From: a bacterium
GTDB lineage: Bacteria > CLD3 > SB21
Direction of reading: 5' to 3'
Length of the DNA: 64,000 nucleotides
Assembly: GCA_016787925.1 (NCBI GenBank)
Contig: JAEUSK010000248.1
Coordinates: 26,908-90,907 of the forward strand
Shown: piece by piece, positions 40,101 through 50,320 of the stretch
Layout: each line of letters begins with the position of its first letter
Numbering within the stretch: the stretch's first letter is position 1
Notes under the pieces: generated by a model
Seen by the model: the letters and a program-made list of their open reading frames with translations, nothing else
Databases searched by the model: none
Told to the model about the DNA's origin: nothing
Position numbers and translations under genes: made by a program

Positions 40101-41270
40101 CGGATCGATGGGGAAATGAAAATTTTTGCCGATCCGAATAAGATTAAACAAGTTATAATCAATTTACTGAGTAATGCGATTAAGTTTTCTTCGCCGGGTA
40201 CCGTGATCGGCATTGAATCCGCTATGCTGCACAACAACCAGCCGCCCATTTTTCAATTGGCCGTGAAGGATAATGGCCGTGGTATTCCGAAGGAATTTCA
40301 CAATGTAATTTTCGACGAATTCCGTCAGGTGGACGGCAGCAGTACACGGGAAGATCAAGGCACAGGACTTGGTCTTGCATTGTGCCGCCGATTGATCGAA
40401 ATGCACGGCGGAAAAATATGGGTTGAGAGTGAATTGAATAAAGGTAGCAAGTTTATTTTCGTGATCCCGCAGAGCCCCGATGGCGAAGAGGCTCATAGCA
40501 AACAAGTGGTTGACGATGGGATTGTAATTGACAACAATTTTATACTGATTATCGAAGACGACGTGCAGTCAGCGAATCTCATCAAACGATTTCTGGAGCT
40601 GGAAAATTACAGAACGATTCACATTAGTAATGGAGCTGACGCGCTTGTCGAAGCCCGAAAGATAAGGCCATTGGCCATTACGCTTGATATCATGCTCCCG
40701 GGAAAAGACGGGTGGGAAGTATTACAGGAATTAAAATCCGATCCCGTGACTCGAGTAATTCCTGTCTTTATTGTGTCCGTAACTGAAAATAAGGACCTTG
40801 CATACAGCCTGCATGCGGATGATTATTTTATTAAACCGCTAGATCGCGACTTGCTGATCGAGAAAATCAATAAACTTAAAAAGTCAAAAAAGAGAAAGAA
40901 AAACGTTTCACAGATATTAGTTGTGGACGATGATGAAAAGGCGCTAACATTGACAGGGACGTTTCTTGAGAAAAAAGGTTTCGACGTTGACAGAGCAAGA
41001 GACGGCGTGGAAGCTCTGCGGAAGATTAAGAACAGTAAGCCCGATCTTCTGATCCTGGATCTGATGATGCCACAGATGAGCGGGTTCGAAGTAGTGGACG
41101 TGATGCGGCAGGATCCCAACCTGAAAGAAATTCCGATCATTATCCTCACCGCTAAAGAACTGACGAAGAAAGAAAAAGATACTCTCAGCGGACAAGTCCG
41201 CTGCCTCATGCAGAAAGCATCTTACAGCACCGACGATCTTTTGTACGAAATAAAACGTGTAATCGGGTAG
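37182..41270 (+). CDS. hybrid sensor histidine kinase: signal peptide, about 13 two-component-regulator propeller repeats, Y_Y_Y domain, TM, HisKA, HATPase_c, REC, REC
   Basis: The repeats are W(I/F)GTxxGGLN(K/R)FD units. A Y_Y_Y-like region ([14 protein letters not shown]) is followed by a TM helix. The kinase-REC-REC module is paralogous to the upstream gene. I used the ATG 1 nt after the upstream stop; the ORF track's start at 37155 overlaps it. Confidence 0.85.
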   Translation: [1362 protein letters not shown]

Positions 41271-41281
41271 AAGGGAAAATC

Positions 41282-41659
41282 ATGGCATCAAAAAAAATTC
41301 TGCTGGTGGAAGACAATGAAGTCAATATGAGACTGGTCAAATTGACACTGAAGAATCAGGACTACGACTTCATTGAGGCGAGTAACGGTGAGGACGCTAT
41401 CGATCTGGCAGAAGAACAAAGACCCCATCTGATCATCCTGGACATCCAGCTTCCAAAAATGGATGGCTACGAAGTCGCTCGAACGCTCAAAAACACGGAA
41501 TCACTTAAGCACATTCCGATCATCGGTCTCACCGCACATGCCATGAAGGGGGACGAAGAACGTGTGCTCAACGCAGGATGCGACGCGTACGTAAGCAAAC
41601 CGCTTGATACCAACCAATTCAGAGGATTGGTAAAATCATTTTTATCTAAAAAAATATGA
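41282..41659 (+). CDS. stand-alone response regulator receiver (CheY-like)
   Basis: The receiver motifs are ILLVEDNEVN...LIILDIQLPKMDG...YVSKP. The gene starts 11 bp after the second kinase gene. Confidence 0.8.
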   Translation: MASKKILLVEDNEVNMRLVKLTLKNQDYDFIEASNGEDAIDLAEEQRPHLIILDIQLPKMDGYEVARTLKNTESLKHIPIIGLTAHAMKGDEERVLNAGCDAYVSKPLDTNQFRGLVKSFLSKKI

Positions 41660-41666
41660 TCCCTTT

Positions 41667-42296
41667 TCAGTAAGCAGAGCTTTTGAAGTCGGCGATTGTA
41701 AAACTCTTTCCATTGGGCAAATCAATTTCTTCTTGCTCAGTTTTTTGAAAGCCAACTTGGCCAAATTCAAAAATCAAGTCCTCAATTGAAACTTCATGGA
41801 ATAAAGGCACGAGCCTGTTCAAACTATCGATGCCCGTCTTGCTTATACTGCTTAGACCGTTGTTATTTTGAATTACAACAGAGGCCACACCTCCGGCCGT
41901 TACCTTCTGAGAAATCTTGTCAATCACTATTCCGGCACTAACATATTCAAATATCAGATGACAAGCCACCATGTGAACTTCGGGTATTGGAATCTCATCC
42001 ACCTGGAGATCCAGCTGACAAAGATGCAAACCGGGCAAGGCCTTTTTATACCGTTCCTCGCAAAGTTTTAGGAATGATGCATTAATATCTATTCCATAAA
42101 CTTCGGGAGTAATACGGCGATCGACATGCTCCAATCCGTTACCCGAGCACACACCCAAGATGGCAACGGAGGACGGTTTGTATTTGTGAAGTTTGGCCTT
42201 AAAAATTTCACTTAACGTTTGTAACTGATAAACGCCAGGATCGGACATATGCCGTTCATAGTCTTCGATCGTGATGCCGGTCCATGGATTCACCAT
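41667..42296 (-). CDS. putative class I SAM-dependent methyltransferase
   Basis: VAILGVCSGNGLEHV is a Gly-rich motif I-like element, and the 209-aa product fits a Rossmann fold. Confidence 0.45.
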   Translation of the reverse strand: MVNPWTGITIEDYERHMSDPGVYQLQTLSEIFKAKLHKYKPSSVAILGVCSGNGLEHVDRRITPEVYGIDINASFLKLCEERYKKALPGLHLCQLDLQVDEIPIPEVHMVACHLIFEYVSAGIVIDKISQKVTAGGVASVVIQNNNGLSSISKTGIDSLNRLVPLFHEVSIEDLIFEFGQVGFQKTEQEEIDLPNGKSFTIADFKSSAY

Positions 42297-42314
42297 AGAA
42301 ACATACTCAGCTGT

Positions 42315-43067
42315 TTATTTCTCCTTCGGCATAAATGCGCGGATAAAATCCATCGGAATAGGGAATATCGTAGTGGAATTATTTTCCGTTGCGATCTCCG
42401 AAAGCGTCTGTAAATAACGCAGCTGTAATGCCGCAGGGGACTTACTTATGATTTCAGAGGCCTCGAATAATTTAGTTGCCGCCTGATACTCTCCGTCAGC
42501 AGCGATAACTTTGGCGCGTCGTTCGCGCTCGGCTTCGGCTTGTTTTGCCATTGCACGTTTCATCTCCTGCGGCAGGTCGATATGTTTGACTTCTACCGCC
42601 GAAACCTTGATTCCCCAAGGTTCCGTCTGATTGTCGATAATCTGCTGAAGTTTTTTATTTATCTTCTCCCGTTCAGCCAGAAGATCGTCGAGTTCAAATT
42701 CGCCTAAAATACTACGCAGGGTAGTCTGCGACAATTGCGAAGTTGCCGTTAGATAATTCTCTACATCGACAATGGCTTTATCCGCGGCGACCACGCGAAA
42801 ATAAATAACAGCGTTGACCTGAACCGAAACGTTATCGCGCGTGATGACGTCCTGAGGCGGCACGTCCATGACGACGGTACGTAAACTGACCTTTACCATT
42901 TTATCAACGATCGGAATAAGTATGATCAGACCTGGTCCTTTGAGGCCAATCAATCGTCCTAGGCGGAAAACTACGCCACGCTCATATTCGCGCAATACTT
43001 TTATCGCGCTCGCTAAAAAGAAAATAGCAATGAATACCAGGAAGGGGAATATAAATTGAAAATTCAT
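42315..43067 (-). CDS. SPFH/band-7 (stomatin-like) membrane protein
   Basis: The N-terminal TM reads [17 protein letters not shown]. The SPFH core reads VVFRLGRL...[17 protein letters not shown], and the C-terminal coiled coil reads [14 protein letters not shown]. Confidence 0.8.
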   Translation of the reverse strand: MNFQFIFPFLVFIAIFFLASAIKVLREYERGVVFRLGRLIGLKGPGLIILIPIVDKMVKVSLRTVVMDVPPQDVITRDNVSVQVNAVIYFRVVAADKAIVDVENYLTATSQLSQTTLRSILGEFELDDLLAEREKINKKLQQIIDNQTEPWGIKVSAVEVKHIDLPQEMKRAMAKQAEAERERRAKVIAADGEYQAATKLFEASEIISKSPAALQLRYLQTLSEIATENNSTTIFPIPMDFIRAFMPKEK

Positions 43068-43116
43068 AACGGCTCCTTTTGTGTTAGTTTGAATTCTTCG
43101 ACATAGTATAGGAAAT

Positions 43117-44403
43117 TTAGAATAATTTAACCACTTTTAGGGTCAGGTTATCAATGCCTACCACTTTAACGCGGGTTTGCGCCTCGATTACCTGATCGCT
43201 TTCCGCATTCCATATCTCTCCATGTACACGAATTTTCCCTGTTTTACCTGCAATAATTCCATCAATGACGATTCCTATTTCGCCGATCATGCCTTCCATG
43301 CCGGTAGTAACTCTGCGGCTTTGTGCCTTGATTCCAAATCCTACTACGAAAAGAAAAAACAACAAAGTGATCAGCACGACAGGAATAATCACGCCCCATG
43401 AAATTCGAACCATGTCTTCAGGAGAATCTATTAGCATTATGGAGCCCAAAAAAAGCGAAATGACGCCGCCTATAGACAAAGCGCCATAACTTGTGACTTT
43501 GATTTCAAGTAAGAATAGAATCAGGCCAAAAAGAATCAGCGCTAAACCTGCGTAATTGATCGGCAGTGTTTGAAAGGAATAAAACGCCAGAATAATACAG
43601 ATACCTCCAACGACGCCAGGAAAGATCGAACCGGGATTATAAAACTCAAAGAATAGTCCGTACATACCCAGCATCATCAGAATATATGCAATATTAGGAT
43701 CGGTTAATATATCGAGTAGTCCAAATCGCCAGCTGCGTTCTATCTTTTCGATTTGGGCGTCTTTAGTAACGATCGTCTTTTTGCCAACGACCGTTTCAAC
43801 TGTCATAGAATCAATTTGAACGAGCAGACTATCGAATGATTTCGCCACCATATCGATCACGTTTTTTTCCATGGCCTCTGTTTCCGTGATAGACACACTC
43901 TTACGAACAGCTTCTTCCGCCCAGTCCGAATTTCGTTTATTTTTTTCGGCGATACTTCGGATATAAGATACCGCGTCGTTGGTGACTTTTTCCATCATCA
44001 CTTGAGATAAACTGTCGGTCTTGCCTTCGCCGAGATTAACCGGATGAGCCGCTCCGATATTTGTTCCGGGTGCCATTACAGCTATATGGGCTGCCATCAT
44101 GATAAAGACGCCTGCCGACGCGCAATGTGATCCTCCGGGTGAAACATAAACGATCACTGGAACTTCCGAAGCAAGAATATCTTTCACAATAAGATTCATC
44201 GATTTCATCAAGCCTCCCGGCGTGTCTAATTCAATAACCAAGCACATGGCACGTTCCTCATTGGCCTTTGCGATCGTTTTATTAATAAATTCAGCCGATG
44301 CGGGGTTGATCACGCCGTCGATGGACATGCGATATATTTTATTCTGCGCAATAGAAGGTTGCGCAAGAAGCAGTATGAATAAAGCGACGAGTGGTTTTAT
44401 CAT
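43117..44403 (-). CDS. NfeD family membrane-bound ClpP-class serine protease
   Basis: The product has a signal peptide and a ClpP-like domain (IDTPGGLM...[10 protein letters not shown]), then multiple TM helices and a C-terminal OB-fold (GEIWNAESD...[13 protein letters not shown]). It follows the SPFH gene, which is the classic stomatin-NfeD operon arrangement. Confidence 0.75.
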   Translation of the reverse strand: MIKPLVALFILLLAQPSIAQNKIYRMSIDGVINPASAEFINKTIAKANEERAMCLVIELDTPGGLMKSMNLIVKDILASEVPVIVYVSPGGSHCASAGVFIMMAAHIAVMAPGTNIGAAHPVNLGEGKTDSLSQVMMEKVTNDAVSYIRSIAEKNKRNSDWAEEAVRKSVSITETEAMEKNVIDMVAKSFDSLLVQIDSMTVETVVGKKTIVTKDAQIEKIERSWRFGLLDILTDPNIAYILMMLGMYGLFFEFYNPGSIFPGVVGGICIILAFYSFQTLPINYAGLALILFGLILFLLEIKVTSYGALSIGGVISLFLGSIMLIDSPEDMVRISWGVIIPVVLITLLFFLFVVGFGIKAQSRRVTTGMEGMIGEIGIVIDGIIAGKTGKIRVHGEIWNAESDQVIEAQTRVKVVGIDNLTLKVVKLF

Positions 44404-44727
44404 GTTATGACATTCGTTTTTTTTGATTATGGCCGGTTATTCGATCATTTGTGATCATAATTTACGTTTATTTTACGTAAAAAACCATGACTTTGGTCAT
44501 GATATCATATTGTTGAAATAAGACGCGCCGCAGGCTTGGTTACCTGATTTTTGATGGTTTTTGAGGTCATTTATGAAAGAAAACTCTTGCGATGGCTATA
44601 TAGGCTATGTAATTGGAACTTTTTGCAGTTTGGTGCAGTTAAAATAATAGGTTCTTCTGCTCTTGTTCATTACTGCGCAGTTCCGACCGTTAATTATCTT
44701 TTTTATTAAATAAGGAAGGGGTCTGAG

Positions 44728-45099
44728 ATGGCTAAAATCTATGTGATAGAGGATGAGCCAAGCTTAAGACTTTTGTATCGAACTGAATTGGAAGGGATGG
44801 GTCATAATGTGACCTGTTTGTCCAATGGGCGGGAAGCGATATCTAGACTGAAAGAGGATCAGCCCGATCTGATCGTGTTGGATATCATGATGCCCGAGGG
44901 TGATGGTATGGAGTTTTTGACAAAGATGCTGGATCATCGTATGGATATTCCTGTGATTATTAATTCTGCTTATTCACACTACAAGAATGATTTCATGAGT
45001 TGGGCGGCGGAGGCGTATGTGGTAAAATCGTCCGATATGACGGAATTGAAATCAGAAATTCACAAAGTTCTTGACAAGAGTCAGATGGCCACGGTCTAG
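44728..45099 (+). CDS. stand-alone response regulator receiver domain protein
   Basis: The receiver motifs are IYVIEDEPSL...LIVLDIMMPEGDG...YVVKS. Confidence 0.75.
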   Translation: MAKIYVIEDEPSLRLLYRTELEGMGHNVTCLSNGREAISRLKEDQPDLIVLDIMMPEGDGMEFLTKMLDHRMDIPVIINSAYSHYKNDFMSWAAEAYVVKSSDMTELKSEIHKVLDKSQMATV

Positions 45100-45128
45100 A
45101 TTTTGACCGTGTTTCCGTTCTTTTAACG

Positions 45129-45160
45129 AAGCCTGTGCAAACTTGCACAGGCTTTTTTTA
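45129..45160 (+). terminator. rho-independent terminator
   Basis: aagcctgtgcaa-ac-ttgcacaggctt forms a 12-bp stem, followed by TTTTTTTA. Confidence 0.7.
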
Positions 45161-45238
45161 TTGTTATTCAAATTCAAAAAAAGTACATTGCGACGCAATT
45201 CTAACTATAGTTGATTGAAAATAAATGGGAGAAGTCAA

Positions 45239-46096
45239 ATGGAAATTAAACAAGTAGCCGTCATCGGCGCCGGAACTATGGGAAATGGTATCGCCCATGT
45301 ATTTGCCCAATTCGGGTACCAAGTAAAACTGATCGATGTTAATCAAGCTCTTTTAGACAAAGCGAAAGCAACAATTGAGAAGAACCTGAGCCGGCAGGTC
45401 ACCAAAGGAACGTTAACAGAAGAATTAAAGCTGGCAACCCTTGCGCGGGTCGCACTTTCTACGGAAATAAAAGATGCCGGCACAAGCGAACTGGTCATCG
45501 AAGCCGCAACTGAGAATTTTGAGATCAAGACTCAGCTATTTAAAACATTAGACTCGGTATGCCGGCCGGAGGTGGTCTTGGCGACAAACACTTCCTCGAT
45601 ATCCATCACGCAAATTGCCAGTGTCACCCAACGCGCCGATAAGGTGATCGGGATGCATTTTATGAACCCGGTGCCTGTTATGAAATTGGTCGAGATTATT
45701 CGCGGACTGGCAACCAGCGACGAGACTTATGCTGTTGTGAAATCGTTAACGGAAAAACTTGAAAAAACTCCGGTTGAAGTTAACGACTATCCCGGCTTTA
45801 TTTCAAATCGTGTACTTATGCCCATGATCAATGAAGCTGTGTTTTGTCTAATGGAAGGTGTTGCCACAAAAGAGTCAATTGATTCTGTTATGAAATTGGG
45901 CATGAATCATCCGATGGGGCCGCTCCAGCTGGCTGATTTTATCGGTTTAGACGTGTGCCTTTTCATCATGAATGTGATGCATGAAGGTCTCGGCGATGAT
46001 AAGTATCGCCCATGCCCGCTGCTCAAGAAAATGGTGAATGCCGGGTATCTCGGGTATAAGAGCGGCCGCGGTTTTTATGACTACCCTAAGAAATAA
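45239..46096 (+). CDS. hbd: 3-hydroxybutyryl-CoA dehydrogenase (3-hydroxyacyl-CoA dehydrogenase family)
   Basis: The NAD-binding motif is [19 protein letters not shown]. The HCDH fingerprint is [13 protein letters not shown]...[24 protein letters not shown] lies upstream of the ATG at 45239. Confidence 0.85.
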   Translation: MEIKQVAVIGAGTMGNGIAHVFAQFGYQVKLIDVNQALLDKAKATIEKNLSRQVTKGTLTEELKLATLARVALSTEIKDAGTSELVIEAATENFEIKTQLFKTLDSVCRPEVVLATNTSSISITQIASVTQRADKVIGMHFMNPVPVMKLVEIIRGLATSDETYAVVKSLTEKLEKTPVEVNDYPGFISNRVLMPMINEAVFCLMEGVATKESIDSVMKLGMNHPMGPLQLADFIGLDVCLFIMNVMHEGLGDDKYRPCPLLKKMVNAGYLGYKSGRGFYDYPKK

Positions 46097-46244
46097 CGCA
46101 CAGAAAGTAAATATGGAAACCCATAAGTAATTTGGCAAAAACTCTCATAAATGAAAATTTTTGTAGAATTTCAGGCGATTTATGTGTATTTTTGAGCTAA
46201 TAATTCAGGCGTGTTTTTAACATTTATTTCGCAGGAGGTATCCC

Positions 46245-46697
46245 GTGAAAAGCTTCGTGGTTGTTTTATTCGTTTTTTTGAGTTCTCATCTGTTTGCGCA
46301 GGAGAAACATACGATCACAGCAGGCAATGAGCGGATTGAAATCAAATGTACTCCAGTTGGCACCGGTGGATTCTCCAAAGAAGGAGAAATCAGCGGAACG
46401 GTTCCCATCCGAATTGTTTTCAAGAAGAACGATAAGAGCGACGTTGATATGTTTGGCAAAGTTGTTCGCTGGAGTTATAAAAGATCGGAACAAGGCGACG
46501 ACGTTGCGGATATCTACATTGATGGGAATAACTGGTGGTCCACGCGATGTATTTTCTTTATAACGACCTACGTCAACGCGCAGAGCATCAACTACGACGG
46601 TGAAAAAATTCGAATAGGGCAGGGAGTTGACTTTCTGCAGAGATTAGGCGTGCCATTTAGCGTTTCGAGCAGCACGTCCGGCAACGCGGCTAATTAA
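46245..46697 (+). CDS. hypothetical secreted protein
   Basis: The GTG start follows AGGAGG. The signal peptide is VKSFVVVLFVFLSSHLFAQ. Confidence 0.45.
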   Translation: MKSFVVVLFVFLSSHLFAQEKHTITAGNERIEIKCTPVGTGGFSKEGEISGTVPIRIVFKKNDKSDVDMFGKVVRWSYKRSEQGDDVADIYIDGNNWWSTRCIFFITTYVNAQSINYDGEKIRIGQGVDFLQRLGVPFSVSSSTSGNAAN

Positions 46698-46727
46698 TGA
46701 AACTAGCATAAGAAAATGTAACTGTAT

Positions 46728-46753
46728 AAAGTCCCGTTTACGGGACTTTTTTA
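46728..46753. terminator. bidirectional rho-independent terminator between convergent genes
   Basis: aaagtcccgt-tt(a)-acgggacttttttat. The hairpin abuts the stop codon of the minus-strand rhodanese gene. Confidence 0.65.
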
Positions 46754-47263
46754 TTTCTTAGGATTGTAAACTTTGTTGCCTCGTTGCAGCCATTTCCCCC
46801 AGAAGCCATTGTACGGATGGACATCTGCCGTTTCAGTTTCTTCCCGAAAAACCGGGTATGCTTGATTAACCCATTCAAATATGCCGCCAAAAAGATTTTG
46901 CACTTTGTGATATCCCAAAGTTGTTAGTCGTTCTGCAATGACTGAGCTTCTATAACCGACCGAGCAATACGTAATGATGCGAGATGATTTGGGAATATCA
47001 TGCATCTTGGCTAATTCAAATGTGTCAAAATCCATCCACCGGGCGCCTTGAATGTGACTTACCAAATATTCGCTCTCAGAGCGCGTGTCAAGAACTATGA
47101 CGGAATCGGATATCAGAAGCTTTGATAAAGAATCAGCTGAAATATGATCGACATTGAACTTTTCATACAACGCATTAAGGAAAACACGGTATTCGGTATC
47201 TTGCGCATGAAGCATAACGCTGAGGAAACACGCCATGATGCATGACTTGAGAATGGATTTCAT
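46751..47263 (-). CDS. rhodanese-like sulfurtransferase domain protein, secreted
   Basis: The catalytic Cys loop is ITYCSVGYRSS. I used the internal Met MKSILKSCIMACFLSVMLHAQ as a signal-peptide start. Confidence 0.7.
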   Translation of the reverse strand: MKSILKSCIMACFLSVMLHAQDTEYRVFLNALYEKFNVDHISADSLSKLLISDSVIVLDTRSESEYLVSHIQGARWMDFDTFELAKMHDIPKSSRIITYCSVGYRSSVIAERLTTLGYHKVQNLFGGIFEWVNQAYPVFREETETADVHPYNGFWGKWLQRGNKVYNPKK

Positions 47264-47513
47264 TTCAATGATTCGAAAGAATTGGGAAAAGCGGAACATG
47301 AACCAAAATTATTTACATGTTAATGCGGGCCGGCTCAAAACACAAGTAAATCTTAAGTGAATTTCGTAACGTCATGAAGCCCGGAGTACACTCAGTCGGA
47401 TATTTTGTGCTTGAGTTCGTTCGACGATTCATGTATTTTAAAAAGGAATATATTCTTGCATGTCGTCGTTGTATACTCATTCACTCTTGTCACATTCCAT
47501 TGCTAAATTTGTT

Positions 47514-48272
47514 ATGCAAAAAATTGTTTTTTGCGGAAGGTTAGTTCTAATTCTCGCGTTTTTTTCCGGCTGCGATAAGGAGAAGGTTAGCGAAGACGCT
47601 CAGATCACGCTTGGCCGGGAATTATTTCATGACACGCGGTTCTCCTCTTCTGGCGAGCAGAGTTGCGCAACTTGCCATCCCGACGGCCACACAGATAATC
47701 GAAAATGGCATTTCCCTGCAATTCACGACTCATCCAGCGGCAAGCCCGATTCGTTAAAAACACTTACGCTCTGGGGTATTGCGCAAACGGGGCCGCCGTA
47801 TTTATGGTCGGGAAGAACGACAGGACTTTACGAAATTACGAAACTTTACACAGATACGATAATGGGCGGCCTGGCGAGCCATGAGGAACTTGAAGCTTTG
47901 GTGGCGTATCAGAAATCTTTAGTTGCTCCTTCAAATCCTTGGATTCGGAACGACGGCGAACTGACGATGGAACAACAAAGAGGAAAAAAAATTTATGAAA
48001 CAAAGGGTTTCTGTTCTCCGTGCCATCCCGCTCCAACGGGCACCAATGGTTTTGTCAAGGATATCGGTACCGGCGGTTTTTTCAAAACGCCAAGTCTTAT
48101 TGCAATGTATTCTAAATCGGATTTTTTTCATGATGGCCGAGCTAAGACGCTACGCGATGTTATTCATTTTTATATTGCCGATCCGGAGAATAAGCTGCGG
48201 GACCATGATTTCATAATTAATTTAAGTGATCAAGAAATTAGTGACCTAATCGAATATTTGAAATCATTCTAA
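47514..48272 (+). CDS. di-haem c-type cytochrome, cytochrome c peroxidase (CCP/MauG)-like, lipoprotein
   Basis: The lipobox is FFSGCDKEK. There are two CxxCH motifs (SCATCHP and CSPCHP). The N-terminal LGRELFHDTRFSSSG...CATCH pattern is CCP-like, but the 252-aa product is shorter than canonical CCPs. Confidence 0.7.
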   Translation: MQKIVFCGRLVLILAFFSGCDKEKVSEDAQITLGRELFHDTRFSSSGEQSCATCHPDGHTDNRKWHFPAIHDSSSGKPDSLKTLTLWGIAQTGPPYLWSGRTTGLYEITKLYTDTIMGGLASHEELEALVAYQKSLVAPSNPWIRNDGELTMEQQRGKKIYETKGFCSPCHPAPTGTNGFVKDIGTGGFFKTPSLIAMYSKSDFFHDGRAKTLRDVIHFYIADPENKLRDHDFIINLSDQEISDLIEYLKSF

Positions 48273-48278
48273 GATAAA

Positions 48279-49064
48279 ATGAGTATGAAACACATAATGT
48301 ACAAGTTAATGATCGGAACGGTCTTAGTTGCTTCCCTTTGTTGTGTTGCATGTGACAAAGAGAAACCAGGTGAAGACCCGCAAATTGCTTTTGGGAGACA
48401 GTTATTCAACGATACCAAGTTTGACAATATTGCCGGTCAAACTTATAGCTGTGCAACTTGCCATCCGGGTGGCGATATGGATCATAAAAAATGGTTATTG
48501 CCGCCTTTATCCACAGATTCAGTTGCCACGCCGACGTTATTTGGGGTTAGCGATACACCTCCTTATTTGTGGTTTGGTGAAGGAGGAAGTGATATTAAGG
48601 CCGTTACGCGCGTAGTCATAGACAGCGTTTTGCATGGCTCCGCGACGGAGGAAGAACTGGACGCACTTGCCGCCTATCAGCTGTCGCTGATTGTACCGGC
48701 GAATCCATGGAGAAATTCCGACGGCTCGCTGACAATGCAACAGCAGAAAGGAAAGGCGGTTTTTGAAGGGCAGGGCAAATGCGGTGTCTGTCATTCAGGG
48801 GAAGCGCTTACGGGAAAGTTTAAAATTCAAATTAAAAAATTGAATCCGCAAGTCGACGTGCCTTCGCTTCGCTGGGTATTTGCCACGGCGCCATATTTCA
48901 GAGATCATTCTGCGGCCACATTGTGGAAAGTTGTTAGTCATTACGCGGATTCGGTTCAGACTGGACAAATGACAACATGGGGATGGAATACACTGGGAAT
49001 TTACGATATTAGTCTAACTGAACAGGAAAAGACTGATTTAATCGAATATTTAAAAACGTTATAG
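48279..49064 (+). CDS. di-haem c-type cytochrome, CCP-like lipoprotein (tandem paralog)
   Basis: The lipobox is LCCVACDKEK. The two haem-binding motifs are CATCHP and CGVCHS. FGRQLFNDTKF is shared with the upstream paralog. The gap to that paralog is 6 bp. Confidence 0.7.
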   Translation: MSMKHIMYKLMIGTVLVASLCCVACDKEKPGEDPQIAFGRQLFNDTKFDNIAGQTYSCATCHPGGDMDHKKWLLPPLSTDSVATPTLFGVSDTPPYLWFGEGGSDIKAVTRVVIDSVLHGSATEEELDALAAYQLSLIVPANPWRNSDGSLTMQQQKGKAVFEGQGKCGVCHSGEALTGKFKIQIKKLNPQVDVPSLRWVFATAPYFRDHSAATLWKVVSHYADSVQTGQMTTWGWNTLGIYDISLTEQEKTDLIEYLKTL

Positions 49065-49096
49065 TATTAAACGTGCCATACATCAGGATTCGCACT

Positions 49097-50320
49097 ATGA
49101 AAAAGACATTGACAGGCCTTCTTTTGATATTAACCTTAGCGCCATGCGAAAGTTTGTGGGCGCAAGAGGAGTCTTTGCCGGATGAGTTTGGTGAAATGAC
49201 GGAGACGTCGGACAACACTACCGGCATTGGCGGTATTGTTGATGCGGCCACTACTTTCGGAAATAAGCCACATCTTAACGCCAATACGCTGAATGATAAC
49301 AATTTTAATAATATCCGCGCGCTCTTGAATTTTCGATTTCAGCACAAAGAAAAATTACGGGCGGATGTAGAAGTTTTGTTTGACGATGCTTCGAAAGAAA
49401 AGGTTCGACTTCAGGGCGCCTTCATTACCATCTTTGATGTGCCGAACGAGAAAATTAATTTTATGGTTGGGAAAATACCCAATCTTTTCGGAAATTTTGG
49501 TAAACGTGAATTCTCAGACGTCAACCCTCTGATCGGTCAGCCGCTCATGCGTCAATATCGAACCAGTCTGGACTGGAATAATCTGTGGAATAATCAAGAA
49601 CAACTCATTTTAAAGGAAAAAAGGAAAGCACATAAAGGGAACTTACCCGTTGATGTATTAGCCGGGGCAACGCCAACCGTTTACGACGCACGTTGGGATT
49701 TTGGTATAGAGTTATTTGGAAATATTTCGTTTGTGGACTATCAAATAGCCGTCACTGAAGGGTCCATTTCAAATCCTGATGCGAACCAAAACAAGGGAAA
49801 GCAATTCTTAGGTCGTTTAGGTTTTGCACCCGTTGCGGGATTAAAGTTTGGTTTTTCGGGCGCAAGCAATCCTTATTTGTCAGGCGCCGATCCTCAAAGG
49901 CTGCTGGAAGAGGGCAAAGGAAAGGGCGAATATCGGCAAATGGCTTATGGGGCGGACTTGGAGGCTAGTTACCGTTATCTAATCGTTTTCAGTGAGTTCG
50001 TTAAAAGCACCTGGGATGCGTCGGTGGATGAGGGGGAATTATCCAATTGGAGTTGGTATGTGGATGCTAAATATAAGCTGCATCCCAAACTCTACGTCGC
50101 AGCGCGGTATGATATGATGAATTTCAGCAAGATCAAAGATCCTGCGACGGCCTCAAATGAATCCTGGGATTTTGACGTGAAACGATATGAAGTTGGGTTG
50201 GGATTTAGAATTACTGCTGACGCAACGCTTAAGTTAGTCGAGCAGTGGACTGTTTTTGATGAAAAGTCTAATATTAAGAGCGTACGGTTCACAGCAGCAC
50301 AATTGTCTGTTCCATTTTAA
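49097..50320 (+). CDS. putative outer-membrane porin-like beta-barrel protein
   Basis: The signal peptide is MKKTLTGLLLILTLAPCESLWAQ. The sequence has alternating amphipathic strands and ends in AAQLSVPF, with the terminal Phe typical of outer-membrane proteins. Confidence 0.5.
   Translation: MKKTLTGLLLILTLAPCESLWAQEESLPDEFGEMTETSDNTTGIGGIVDAATTFGNKPHLNANTLNDNNFNNIRALLNFRFQHKEKLRADVEVLFDDASKEKVRLQGAFITIFDVPNEKINFMVGKIPNLFGNFGKREFSDVNPLIGQPLMRQYRTSLDWNNLWNNQEQLILKEKRKAHKGNLPVDVLAGATPTVYDARWDFGIELFGNISFVDYQIAVTEGSISNPDANQNKGKQFLGRLGFAPVAGLKFGFSGASNPYLSGADPQRLLEEGKGKGEYRQMAYGADLEASYRYLIVFSEFVKSTWDASVDEGELSNWSWYVDAKYKLHPKLYVAARYDMMNFSKIKDPATASNESWDFDVKRYEVGLGFRITADATLKLVEQWTVFDEKSNIKSVRFTAAQLSVPF

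Noticed and set aside
42315-44403. SPFH/NfeD pair as a novel system
   Set aside because: This is the well-known stomatin-NfeD operon partnership. I annotated it as a feature only.
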